Shown here piece by piece: positions 11,536 to 23,490 of a DNA stretch of 64,000 nt. Numbering within the stretch: position 1 is the first letter of the stretch; each line of letters starts with the position of its first letter. The notes below the pieces were generated by a model that saw nothing but the letters and a program-made list of their open reading frames with translations, ran no database searches and was not told the DNA's origin. Both the position numbers and the translations under genes were made by a program. This stretch comes from Macrostomum lignano (Eukaryota), in NCBI GenBank assembly GCA_002269645.1, contig NIVC01003323.1, positions 1-64,000 on the forward strand, written 5' to 3'.

Positions 11536-12972
11536 GGAGACAAACGGAGAAGAACTGACTGGCAAAGCTAGAGGGAAGATTCTTGATATTTATTCAGTTT
11601 ATTTGAATTCCCCAAACCTGGCGGACCCTTGATGAACTTTCGCACCTCCAGCTGCATCAGAGCCATATCCCGCATAGCAGCTGGGTTTACCCGCTCGCAG
11701 CCAACACTAGCCCATTCGCAGATTTCGCGGATAATATGGGATTACCTTGTGCTACCCTCATTTTAGTTCAAGTATAAACAATTCCACAGATCTCGAAATC
11801 GCTGTAGTTAACGAGTATAACACTGTTCGACGAACCCACGGAGAAGTAGCAGCTCTGGGGAGCTGGGAGTGATAACTTCTCCGCTGATTTCGACTTGTTC
11901 TCTATTCTCGGTTTCTTCAAACACAGCGCACGCAATATATGCAATATCTTGCGCCTCGAGGGGGACTCGATTTCAATCCTGCCGCCGGCTTCTCGAAAGA
12001 GGGATGTCACGGGCAGATGATGAAGGGGTGGAGAGGATATCGATTTTAGAGGGAAAATGAAATGGAGGAGGGACGGGTATTGGATGAGGTGATAGACAGA
12101 GAGGGAGAGTGGTAGACGGAGAATAGGTATAGAAAGGTAGATAGAGAGGAAGAATGGTAGATGGATGGAGTGAAGTAGATAGGGAGAGAGAGCTAGAGCT
12201 AGATTAAGATAGAGGTACATAGGGTGGGAGAGAGGTAGATGGATGAGAAGAGGAGGAGTGATAGATGAAGAAGTAGATAGGTAGCGAGGTAGACAGGGAG
12301 AGGTAGGTTAGAAGGAGAGAAGTAGATGAAGAAGGATAGGAGTGGACGGGAGAATTTGATTGAGAGGCAGAGAGGCAGAAGGGTCGATTAAGATTGTGAG
12401 AAGTAGATAAAAGGAACATTGGATCACTGGCTAGAGACAGAGAGGCGTGAGCAGGCAAACGGCACCCAGCCTCAAATTGCTCAAACGATCTCCATCTTTG
12501 TCAGGAGGGCTGCAGATTTCAGCTGATTGGAATTAATTCGGACTCGGTGATGAGGCGGCACCCTCACGGAAGTTGAGGATAATTAAGACTGCAAACGACA
12601 GCTTTTGAGTCAAATCCAAATTGAATTTTTGATAAGGGATTTAGCAGTCCATGACAACTGGCTGCGACATCCGGATTGGAAGCGGACCGAATCTTCTGAA
12701 AAAAAATCAGAAAGAACTTTGAGAAAATCAAACTCAAAATAATAAAAAGCTGCTTCAAAATTCGAATCTATGGAAGCAGGATCGTGACAGATTCAATATC
12801 TGACAAATTTCGTTTGGTAGAAAAAATGGAAAGCATTACCGAGATGGAAAACCTTCGAGTTCTTTCACTCCAAGTTGCAGCACCAATATTTTGATTGCTA
12901 CCGCACGTGATTAGGATCTTTCTTAGAAACCAAGTGTCCTTGAACTTCTGGAGCGGTCTTTGGCTTCTAACT

Positions 12973-13750
12973 GGAGCTGAGAAAGTCAGCGGTAGACTCT
13001 CACGCCACGACCCCTGGTTCGATTCCGTGTGCAAACAGACATTCATTTGGGACTTGTGTGCACGAAAATTGACCGGCGGATTGTCGTGCGATTCACAGGC
13101 CAACCCCCTCAAGGCACAGAGAGTGTACATGCCTTACGGTTAGAAAGTCAGGGGGCCGCTGTACACCCTGGGTGAGCGTGTGCCTGCCTGCGTGCAGTAT
13201 TGGCAGAGTAGCCGCCGCGGCTGTGGAGCCGATCCTCCTGTACGGCATGGAAGCGGTGCCGATGACCGGCACACGAGAGCGAGCTCTGGACGCGCTCTAC
13301 AGGTCCCTGCTGCGCTACGCCCTGGGCGTGCACTTCTCTGAGAGGTTGCCGTCCAGAGACCTGATGGCCCGCGCCGGCGTTCCAGACCTGAGCGTCACCC
13401 TGCGCCGGCGCCGCCAGATGCTGCTGGGCCACTGCCTCCGGAGTCACGGCCGCGGCGACCAAGTCCCTCTAGCGCTGGTCCTCCTGCACCAGCCGACGGA
13501 GCGGAAGCGTCGTGGCCAAGGGCGAACTGTGACGCTGACTGACTGTTTTGTGGCTGACTTGCAGGCGCTGGTCTCAGCCCCCAGATCACAGCCGCCTGCC
13601 CCTCCCGTCTGTTTCGCGAGCGCGTGTGCGCAGGAGCCCACTAGCTTCTGCATGTCTCTATCTATCTAGCCGTCAGCGCTGGCTGTGGGACGGTGTCGCC
13701 GAGGGCGTTGCGCCAGGGTGCCCGCAGCCCTCCAGCCTTTATTATTATTT
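12973..13750 (+). mobile_element. SINE copy B containing an RTE-type LINE 3' coding fragment
   Basis: tRNA-like head (GGTTCGATTCC B box at about 13017), SINE body, then LINE-derived sequence, shared 3' end and a TTATTATTATTT tail. Confidence 0.8.
13205..13644 (+). pseudogene. Non-LTR retrotransposon (RTE-like) post-RT C-terminal fragment
   Basis: EPILLYGMEA...LDALYRSLLRYALGVHF...LRRRRQMLLGHCLR...RKRRGQGR...ADLQAL follows the RTE-clade pattern LLYGxE.../RRLRWxGH/RxRGRP; one missing base near 13571 would restore GLSP...FRERVCAGAH*. Confidence 0.75.
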
Positions 13751-14415
13751 ACTTCGAGCTGAATTTCGGTAGTCAAGTGTTTTACGACCTATCCGAGATA
13801 TTGAATTTCTCGCTATTTATCCCTGCATTCCGCATCACATAATCGATAATATCATTTATGATGGCATAGCGCGGACAAGGGGCAGCAGAGAGGCCAGTTG
13901 TGCATCAATCAGAATGCCTTCAGAGAGGGCAGCGATCGGGATCAGTGGGGGAGGCCGGATGCGCCACACTTATTCCCATGTCTAAAGGCTAAAGGACAGC
14001 AGCTAAAGTGGATACTTAGTGGCAGCCATGCGGTCGGCACCTCAATACGCTGCTTTGGGACAGGGAAAACCGTAGTTATCTGCTATAGAAGACGACACAG
14101 CATGATAAAGGGTAAATCCTTTGCAAGACTGGCTCGAGGCAGCTGAATAATGCTTTTAAGTAATGGCGGCGGCTAGGACTAGGGGCACCTGCGCCACAGG
14201 AATGACAGGGGGTGGGGCGAGTTTTGCTGGAAGTATGGCGGCTTGGAGCCACCTATAAATTTACGAGATGTATTGGAGACGTACGAGTGTATGATAACTG
14301 AGTTTGCAGCTAACTAGCGGGTCAACTAGATAGAATTTCTAACTATTACTATATAGAACTTCAAAGCTCATTGTCTCTTAGATGTTTGCATAGGCACTTT
14401 ATTCACTGAGATCGT

Positions 14416-14720
14416 GTACAGCGGTCCTGACTGCCTCATCGTCACACACACACAGAGGGTGTACAGCGGTCCTGACTGCCTCATCGTCACAAACAGAGGG
14501 TGTACAGAGGTCCTGACTGCCTCATCGTCACACACAGAGGGTGTACAGCGGTCCTGACTGTCTCATCGTCACAAACAGAGGGTGTACAGAGGTCCTGACT
14601 GTCTCATCGTCACACACAGAGGGTGTACAGCGGTCCTGGCTGTCTCATCGTCACACACAGAGGGTGTACAGCGGTCCTGGCTGTCTCATCGTCACACACA
14701 GAGGGTGTACAGCGGTCCTG
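14416..14720. repeat. 41-bp minisatellite GGGTGTACAGCGGTCCTGACTGTCTCATCGTCACACACAGA
   Basis: About 7 copies; the unit resembles the SINE internal segment. Confidence 0.9.
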
Positions 14721-15367
14721 ACTGGTTTATCGTCATAAACATTGTGTACCTTGCGTTTTCCGTTGGGGCAATAGCAAAAGCTGACAAAAAAGTAGGAACG
14801 GGAGCCCGGGCGCTATGCAATCGGATAAATCAGCATGTCAGAAACGGCTAATCAAAATGAATCGCATTTTTTAAGCAGTGGTTTTCCCAGGAGCAGCAGC
14901 TGAAAGAAATAACAGCCTCCTGTCTTCTCCGAGCCAACTTCCTGGCCGGGGGGTTGGTGCCTTGAATTTTCTCTTGACTTTTCTCTTCTCGGGAGCAGCG
15001 TCCCGCTCCGCAGCTTCCGCAGAGTTCTGAGAGTCACTGCTCTGCCTCCCAGGGGAAGAGTCCCACAGGTTTCACTCTGAGAAGCCATACTGGCCGATGC
15101 GACGTGCCTCATCTCCGTTCCGGCGCTTCTCCGGGCCAGCCTGCGCGTTCTTATCTTCCCGGACGTAAGATCGAGCTACGAGTTATAATAGGCGCAGGAA
15201 GGAAGTCAGAGCAAAGGAAATTGAAGGCTCGAAAGCTGTTGGATGGTTGAGTAACTTTCTTCCTCTCCGAAATATCCTCTGAGATGTTTTCTTGATAGAA
15301 AATATTACTTTCAGCAGATACTTCATTTGTCCCTGCTGTTGCTGATTCAGCTGTGACCGTACGAGTG

Positions 15368-16155
15368 TAGATCCTTCATTTGTGTCCTCTTAGATCCTTC
15401 ATTTGTGTCCTCTTAGATCCTTCATTTGTGTCCTCTTAGATCCTTCATTTGTGTCCTCTTAGATCCTTCATTTGTGTCCTCTTAGATCCTTCAGTTGTGT
15501 CCTCTTAGATCCTTCATTTGTGTCTTCTTAGATCCTTCAGTTGTGTCCTCTTAGATCCTTCAGTTGTGTCCTCTTAGATCCTGCAGTTGTGTCCTCTTAG
15601 ATCCTTCATTTGTGTCCTCTTAGATCCTTCATTTGTGTCCTCTTAGATCCTTCATTTGTGTCCTCTTAGATCCTTCATTTGTGTCCTCTTAGATCCTTCA
15701 TTTGTGTCCTCTTAGATCCTTCATTTGTGTCCTCTTAGATCCTTCATTTGTGTCTTCTTAGATCCTTCATTTGTGTCTTCTTAGATCCTTCAGTTGTGTC
15801 CTCTTAGATCCTGCAGTTGTGTCCTCTTAGATCCTTCATTTGTGTCCTCTTAGATCCTTCATTTGTGTCTTCTTAGATCCTTCATTTGTGTCTTCTTAGA
15901 TCCTTCAGTTGTGTCCTCTTAGATCCTGCAGTTGTGTCCTCTTAGATCCTTCATTTGTGTCCTCTTAGATCCTTCATTTGTGTCCTCTTAGATCCTTCAT
16001 TTGTGTCCTCTTAGATTCTTCATTTGTGTCCTCTTAGATCCTTCATTTGTGTCCTCTTAGATCCTGCAGTTGTGTCCTCTTAGATTCTTCATTTGTGTCC
16101 TCTTAGATCCTTCATTTGTGTCCTCTTAGATCCTTCAGTTGACCCCCTTAGATTC
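15368..16155. repeat. 23-bp minisatellite TAGATCCTTCATTTGTGTCCTCT
   Basis: About 34 copies in GPCR intron 1. Confidence 0.95.
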
Positions 16156-16557
16156 TTCAATTTATCTCTCCAAGGTAATATAGTTTTTTTAATTTAGAAA
16201 CTTAACATCAAGGACTACTTATGAACTTAAGTTCTTATAAGTAACTTATGAGCTTAAGTTCTTAAGTAGTCCTTGCTTAACATATGCTTCTTGGATCCCA
16301 AATTCATATTTTAAGATCCCACTCCACCCTAGCGACATTTTCATTTTAGAATGCGTTCTTTGCTCTAAAATAAACTTCAATGTCAAACAAGTTTCAAATT
16401 TTGGCCGAAAATATTTCTATAACCAAAGCACTTAATGCCAGCATAATAAATTATCATTTGATATCCTTATTAAGCTACTTATGCTTGAAAGTTCAGTAGC
16501 ATGCTAAGTGAATTAATTTTTTTTCAATAAAATGTTGATTTTTTTAACCTGGCTCAG

Positions 16558-16806
16558 GCTACTTTCTACTTGATCTCCTGGAGTCTGGGCGTGAAGAACA
16601 CCTGGACGGGCTGCATCAGCCTGTTTCGCTTTCTGGCCACCTTCTGGCCCATCGAATTTCGCAGCCGGCTGACTCGAGGATTCCAGCTCGGCACCTTTGC
16701 CGCCGTGGCCGCGGCCGGCCTGACGCTGCAGGCCGCCGACTTGGTGCTCTGCCGGCTGGCTGACAACAAACTTGGCAACGGGACCGCCTGTTGGGCCACC
16801 ATCCAG
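16558..16806 (+). CDS. GPCR exon 2 (TM3-TM4, ECL2)
   Basis: Acceptor CTCAG at 16553-16557, donor GTGAGC at 16807; ATFYLISWSLGVKNTWTGCISLFRFLATFWP corresponds to the SxERxxAVxxP motif. Confidence 0.85.
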
Positions 16807-16819
16807 GTGAGCGCGCGCT

Positions 16820-17820
16820 TCGATACTTCATCAGCTCGATGCTTCATCAGCTCGATGCTTCATCAGCTCGATGCTTCATCAGCTCGATGCTTCATCAGCT
16901 CGATGCTTCATCAGCTCGATGCTTCATCAGCTCGATGCTTCATCAGCTCGATGCTTCATCAGCTCGATGCTTCATCAGCTCGATGCTTCATCAGCTCGAT
17001 GCTTCATCAGCTCGATGCTTCATCAGCTCGATGCTTCATCAGCTCGATGCTTCATCAGCTCGATGCTTCATCAGCTCGATGCTTCATCAGCTCGATGCTT
17101 CATCAGCTCGATGCTTCATCAGCTCGATGCTTCATCAGCTCGATGCTTCATCAGCTCGATGCTTCATCAGCTCGATGCTTCATCAGCTCGATGCTTCATC
17201 AGCTCGATGCTTCATCAGCTCGATGCTGCACAAGCTCGATGCTGCACAAGCTCGATGCTGCACAAGCTCGATGCTGCACAAGCTCGATGCTTCATCAGCT
17301 CGATGCTTCATCAGCTCGATGCTTCATCAGCTCGATGCTTCATCAGCTCGATGCTTCATCAGCTCGATGCTGCACAAGCTCGATGCTGCACAAGCTCGAT
17401 GCTGCACAAGCTCGATGCTGCACAAGCTCGATGCTTCATCAGCTCGATGCTTCATCAGCTCGATGCTTCATCAGCTCGATGCTTCATCAGCTCGATGCTT
17501 CATCAGCTCGATGCTTCATCAGCTCGATGCTTCATCAGCTCGATGCTTCATCAGCTCGATGCTTCATCAGCTCGATGCTTCATCAGCTCGATGCTTCATC
17601 AGCTCGATGCTTCATCAGCTCGATGCTTCATCAGCTTGATGCTTCATCAGCTGGATGCTTCATCAGCTCGATGCTTCATCAGCTCGATACTTCATCAGCT
17701 CGATGCTTCATCAGCTGGATGCTTCATCAGCTCGATGCTTCATCAGCTCGATGCTTCATCAGCTCGATGCTTCATCAACTCGATGCTTCATAAGCTCGAT
17801 GCTGCACAAGCCGGATGCTG
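16820..17820. repeat. 16-bp minisatellite ATGCTTCATCAGCTCG filling GPCR intron 2
   Basis: About 62 copies with a GCTGCACAAGCTCGAT variant. Confidence 0.97.
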
Positions 17821-17845
17821 CATAAGTTCCTCAATTCCTCGGCAG

Positions 17846-18496
17846 GCGATGCGAGTGCCGCAGACCTACCTACCGGTGCCGCTGATCCTGGTCAGCTCCG
17901 TGGCCATCGCCGCCCACCTCTGCTGCGGCCTGTGCGGCCGCCGGCCTCCCAACGGAGCGGCAGGCAGTCAGGGCGCCGGCTCCGACGGCTCAACCAAACG
18001 GGCGAGTGTCATCGTGCTGGCCCTGGCTCTGTCCTTCACTGTGCTGGACATGCCCGGCTCTCTGCTGGTGGCGCTGGGGCTGTTCAACAGCCTGCCGGAT
18101 TGGACGATCCCGCTGAACGATTTGATGCTCACCCTTGATAGCGCCACCAATTTTCTCATCTTCTACAGCTTGAATGCCAACTTCAGGCGGCTGGTTCGTC
18201 GCAGTCTGTGCCGCGGCGCTGGCGGCGGCGGTGGCGCTGGTGGCGGCGCTGGCGGTGGCGGCGGAGGTGGCGTTGGCGCCGGTAACGACGTGCGCAGCAG
18301 CAGGGGTGGCGCCAGAAGCAGCTGCGGGGAAGTCAGCAAATACCGGAGCCACAGCCTGTCGGCGGCCGGCGACAAAGTCGCAGATAACGCCTCGACAACA
18401 TCGGTGGCCGAGGCAGTCGAACTGCGGCCGCTGTGCTCTGGGGGAGTCGACAGGCTGACTGCCAACAGAGCTGATGAGAAGCATGCAGATGTATGA
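17846..18496 (+). CDS. GPCR exon 3 (TM5-TM7, Gly-rich C-tail)
   Basis: Acceptor GGCAG at 17841-17845; TM6 KRASVIVLALALSFTVLDMP; TM7/H8 LDSATNFLIFYSLNANFRR typical of invertebrate FMRFamide/srw-like receptors; spliced product about 395 aa. Confidence 0.9.
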   Translation, partial: AMRVPQTYLPVPLILVSSVAIAAHLCCGLCGRRPPNGAAGSQGAGSDGSTKRASVIVLALALSFTVLDMPGSLLVALGLFNSLPDWTIPLNDLMLTLDSATNFLIFYSLNANFRRLVRRSLCRGAGGGGGAGGGAGGGGGGGVGAGNDVRSSRGGARSSCGEVSKYRSHSLSAAGDKVADNASTTSVAEAVELRPLCSGGVDRLTANRADEKHADV

Positions 18497-19074
18497 GAAC
18501 ACTGAGATAAGTACATGTACACCTGGTTGATAGATGAGAATATTTTGAGAAGTGTGCGGTTGTATGAGAATAGGATGCGAAGTTATGTAGAAGGATGAAA
18601 ATACAGTGAAATTTGTACAGATAGATGATAATACGCTCGTACATTGAGAAGTTATATACATGTAGATACATGTATATTAGAATGCAATGAGAAGTTATAT
18701 AGATAGATGAGAGTACAATGAGATCTATAGCATATCTATCCCTTAAAAACGATTTTTTTTTCTTAACGCAAATTTAAACGCCCGCTAAAATGATTTCGTA
18801 ATTCACAGACAATAAATAGCGCCATGCCCCTATTTCTCTACTGACGTAGCTCGTAAGTAGTGTTCAAAGTATACGCCATGACTTGCGCCCTAAATTATCT
18901 TGTGCGACTAGTGCAGCAGAGTAGCGCATGCTGTTTTTGTTTATATCAAAAATACCGCAGTGACTCGAGCTTAAATCAATAATAATATCAAAAGTAAAAG
19001 TCTGGTTCGCAATTCTTGATTATTCTTGCCGAATAATATTCAAATAACCTTAACTTGTTGTAACTTTTATTTCC

Positions 19075-19552
19075 ACTTCTGATATTTGGGGCGGCGGGTG
19101 CCAAATCTGATATTTGGGGGGGGGGCGCCACTTCTGATATTTGCGAGGGGCGCCACTTTTGATATTTGCGGGGGGCGCCACTTTTGACATTTGCGGGGGG
19201 CGCCACTTTTGACATTTGCGGGGGGCGCCACTTTTGATATTTGCGAGGGGCGCCACTTTTGATATTTGCGGGGGGCGCCACTTTTGACATTTGCGGGGGG
19301 CGCCACTTTTGACATTTGCGGGGGCGCCACTTTTGATATTTGCGGGGGGCGCCACTTTTGACATTTGCGGGGGGCGCCACTTTTGACATTTGCGGGGGCG
19401 CCACTTTTGATATTTGCGAGGGGCGCCACTTTTGATATTTGGGGGGCGCCACTTTTGATATTTGCGGGGGGCGCCATTTCTTATATTTGGGGGGGGGCGC
19501 CACTTTTGACATTTGCGGGGGGCGCCACTTCTGACATTGGGCGGGGGGCGCA
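19075..19552. repeat. 25-26 bp minisatellite GGCGCCACTTTTGA(T/C)ATTTGCGGGG
   Basis: About 18 copies. Confidence 0.93.
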
Positions 19553-20084
19553 AGCTCAAATTTCCATGACATTTGTTTTTACAAACAAACGATAGGTAGT
19601 CTATATAAAGCACAGATTACTCATACCGAGGGAGTGAGACACCCGGATGTTCATCCGCCAGGATACACGGCACTTCCGCTAGTTGAAACAAGGTGAACAG
19701 GAAGTGAAAAAAAACATGGCTACATTAATAAAAATAGGGGTAAATAATTCTTGCTATGCTTGGATTCTATCATTCTGTTAGCAGAGGCGCACTCCCAGAT
19801 GCAGTCCCCTGATAACACTCAAGCACTTAAGCACTTAGGGAACCGGCTGCAGACAGGCAGACACGCTTATGCCACGCATGCCACAAAAATGGAAAATGAA
19901 GCCAATGCAGGCCTGTGGAAACATAACTACTCCTGTGATTTCAACCTGAAACTCTCTACCTTTACGCGCTCGAAAGATTTCGTAACAATGAAATCCACTG
20001 CTGGAGGTGACGATACTTAAGCTGCAGTGTTTTGGGATCTTTAGAAATCGAAATGATGAGATTATGGCTCGATTTTGGAAATCT

Positions 20085-20835
20085 AGCGCCAATCTTGAAG
20101 CTGTGGCGCCAATCTTGAAGCTGTGGCGCTAATCTTGAAGCTGTGGCGCCAATCTCAAAGCTGTGGTGCGAATCTTGAAGCTGTGGCGCCAATCTTGAAG
20201 CTGTGGCGCCAATCTTGAAGCTGTGGCGCCAATCTTGAAGCTGTGGCGCCAATCTTGAAGCTGTGGCGCCAATCTTGATAGTTAAGGCGCCAATCCAGAT
20301 TAGTTGAAGCGCCAATCTAGATAGATAGTTGAGGCGCCAATCCAGATTAGTTGAGGCGCCAATCTAGATTGATAGTTGAGGCGCCAATCTAGATAGTTGA
20401 GAAGCCAATCTAGATAGTTGTTGAAGCGCCAATCCAGATAGTTGTTGAGGCGCCAATCCAGATAGTTGAGGCGCCAATCCAGATTAGTTGAGGCGCCAAT
20501 CTAGATAGATAGTTGAGGCGCCAATCTAGATAGTTGAGAAGCCAATCTAGATAGTTGAGGCGCCAATCTAGATAGTTGAGAAGCCAATCTAGATAGTTGA
20601 GGCGCCAATCAAGATTGTTGAGGCGCCAATCCAGATAGTTGAGGCGCCAATCTAGATAGATAGTTGAGGCGCCAATCTAGATAGTTGAGGCGCCAATCTA
20701 GATAGTTGAGGCGCCAATCTAGATAGATAGTTGAGGCGCCAATCTAGATAGTTGAGGCGCCAATCTAGATAGTTGAGGCGCCAATCAAGATTGTTGAGGC
20801 GCCAATCCAGATAGTTGATTCGCCAAAATGAGCAT
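20085..20835. repeat. Compound minisatellite: 20-bp GCGCCAATCTTGAAGCTGTG then 21-25 bp GAGGCGCCAATCTAGATAGTT
   Basis: Two adjacent arrays sharing the GCGCCAATC core. Confidence 0.93.
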
Positions 20836-21924
20836 TGTGGCGCCAACTTGTTGACGCGAAATTGACGCTACTAATTAAGAGTCTGCACCAGTGTCAAGCC
20901 AATGGTCCAGCACAGATTTCTCCTGTACAGCAAGTACCCTGTGCTTGAAGGGCCATGCACAATTAAATGGCGGCTCTATGCCTAAACTGAATGAATATCA
21001 AGGAGATATTTCGGTGTTGCGTCACCCCTCAACATCAGCTCCTCTCTTCCACGCTGCGGACTTATTATTTTTTCAGCCACAGAGATGCAATTTTAGATAT
21101 CGAACAGAGTGGACTTGGGGAATATCGCTCTGTCCGGAATTTCCTCATTAGTATGGAACTTCAGCAAGGTCGCTGGTGCTTTGCTGTCTTGTGCCTGGGG
21201 CCTGCGTTTCTCTACATTCACCCAGCCTATCCATCTATGTTTTTCCTGCGCGCGCCCGGTTAAGTCTTTGTTCGATATCGATCGTTTTGGTGCTTCGCCA
21301 GGGTCTTAGGAATAAACCATGGATAGAGACTGATGAAGCCTGGAGGGTCTTTGTTAGTCATAAGATTCCTGGCGCACTTCATCCATTCTATGCAGAATTG
21401 AATGCTCCTGCCAGCCTAGCACGCCCCGGGGAGGCTCAGCAAAAACACTTTGGTAGAGGCTTGGTCTTGGTCTTCAGTTTCCTTGCCTTATGTGGAACAA
21501 AGACTGTTGACGCATCAAATATATGATAAAATGCTTCCCCATATTTACAGCCGAATGAGGGCGCGCCTGTTGCTTTCATTTCTCTGCCTCTCTGCATCTG
21601 CGTGCCTTCCAGCAAGCACTTTGTCTTACTTGGATTCGTATATAAGATGAGGGAATGCCATTACAGCAGGCCTCAGCTGCTTGGCTCTTTGTCTAGCCAG
21701 GCCAGCACGCGATTGCATTAAACTCTACATAGCGTGCACCAGAAGGCCAGGATATTCCAAGGGAGAAACAGCACGTAGACAGGACAGTTCAGCTGACCTC
21801 TCGGGTGTAGAGCATATCTGGTCTGGAGGATAAGGTCAATGCATGTTCATTTGGCATGCGAGGGGTTGCCAGACTGCTGTTGAGGCGAGAGAGGGAATCA
21901 GGATAAAAGTACAGAGATAGGGAA

Positions 21925-23490
21925 TGAAAAGGGAATGAGAGGAAGGAGAGGGAAAGAGAGGGAAGGAGAGAGAATGAGAGGGAGGAGAGGGAATGAGAGG
22001 GAAGGAGAGGGAATGAGAGGGAATGAGAGGGAAGGAGAGGGAATGAGAGGGAAGGAGAGGGAATGAGAGGGAATGAGAGGGAAGGAGAGGGAAGGAGAGG
22101 GAATGAGAGGGAAGGAGAGGGAAAGAGAGAGAATGAGAGGGAAGGAGAGGGAAGGAGTGGGAAGGAGAGGGAAGGAGAGGGAATAAGAGGGAAGGAGAGG
22201 GAATGAGAGGGAATGAGAGGGAAGGAGAGGGAAGGAGAGGGAATGAGAGGGAAGGAGAGGGAAGGAGAGGGAATGAGAGGGAAGGAGAGGGAATGAGAGG
22301 GAATGAGAGGGAATGAGAGGGAAGGAGAGGGAATGAGAGGGAAGGAGAGGGAATGAGAGGGAATGAGAGGGAATGAGAGGGAAGGAGAGGGAATGAGAGG
22401 GAAGGAGAGGGAATGAGAGGGAATGAGAGGGAATGAGAGGGAAGGAGAGGGAAGGAGAGGGAATGAGAGGGAATGAGAGGGAAGGAGAGGGAAGGAGAGG
22501 GAATGAGAGGGAAGGAGAGGGAATGAGAGGGAATGAGAGGGAAGAAGAGGGAAGGAGAGGGAATGAGAGGGAAGGAGAGGGAATGAGAGGGAATGAGAGG
22601 GAATGAGAGGGAAGGAGAGGGAAGGAGAGGGAATGAGAGGGAATGAGAGGGAAGGAGAGGGAAGGAGAGGGAATGAGAGGGAAGGAGAGGGAAAGAGAGA
22701 GAATGAGAGGGAAGGAGAGGGAAGGAGTGGGAAGGAGAGGGAAGGAGAGGGAAAGAGAGGGAAGGAGAGGGAATGAGAGGGAATGAGAGGGAAGGAGAGG
22801 GAATGAGAGGGAAGGAGAGGGAATGAGAGAGAATGAGAGGGAATGAGAGGGAAGGAGAGGGAATGAGAGGGAAGGAGAGGGAAGGAGAGGGAATGAGAGG
22901 GAAGGAGAGGGAAGGAGAGGGAAAGAGAGAGAATGAGAGGGAAGGAGAGGGAATGAGAGGGAATGAGAGGGAATGAGAGGGAAGGAGAGGGAATGAGAGG
23001 GAATGAGAGGGAATGAGAGGGAAGGAGAGGGAATGAGAGGGAAGGAGAGGGAAGGAGAGGGAATGAGAGGGAAGGAGAGGGAAGGAGAGGGAATGAGAGG
23101 GAATGAGAGGGAAGGAGAGGGAATGAGAGGGAATGAGAGGGAATGAGAGGGAAGGAGAGGGAAGGAGAGGGAATGAGAGGGAATGAGAGGGAATAAGAGG
23201 GAATGAGAGGGAATGAGAGGGAATGAGAGGGAATGAGAGGGAATGAGAGGGAAGGAGAGGGAAAGAGAGAGAATGAGAGGGAAGGAGAGGGAAGGAGAGG
23301 GAATGAGAGGGAAGGAGAGGGAAAGAGAGAGAATGAGAGGGAAGGAGAGGGAAGGAGAGGGAATGAGAGGGAAGGAGAGGGAAGAGAGAGAATGAGAGGG
23401 AAGGAGAGGGAAGGAGAGGGAATGAGAGGGAATGAGAGGGAAGGAGAGGGAATGAGAGGGAATGAGAGGGAAGGAGTGGGAAGGAGATGG
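21925..23490. repeat. 10-bp polypurine satellite GAGGGAA(G/T)GA
   Basis: About 155 units of two interspersed variants. Confidence 0.97.

Noticed and set aside
14850-15180. Lys/Arg-rich minus-strand fragments resembling a transposase N-terminus
   Set aside because: Interrupted by stops and no diagnostic motif.
16570-17793. SSARCFISSMLHQLDA-repeat proteins
   Set aside because: Intronic 16-bp VNTR; canonical splice sites join the flanking GPCR exons in frame.
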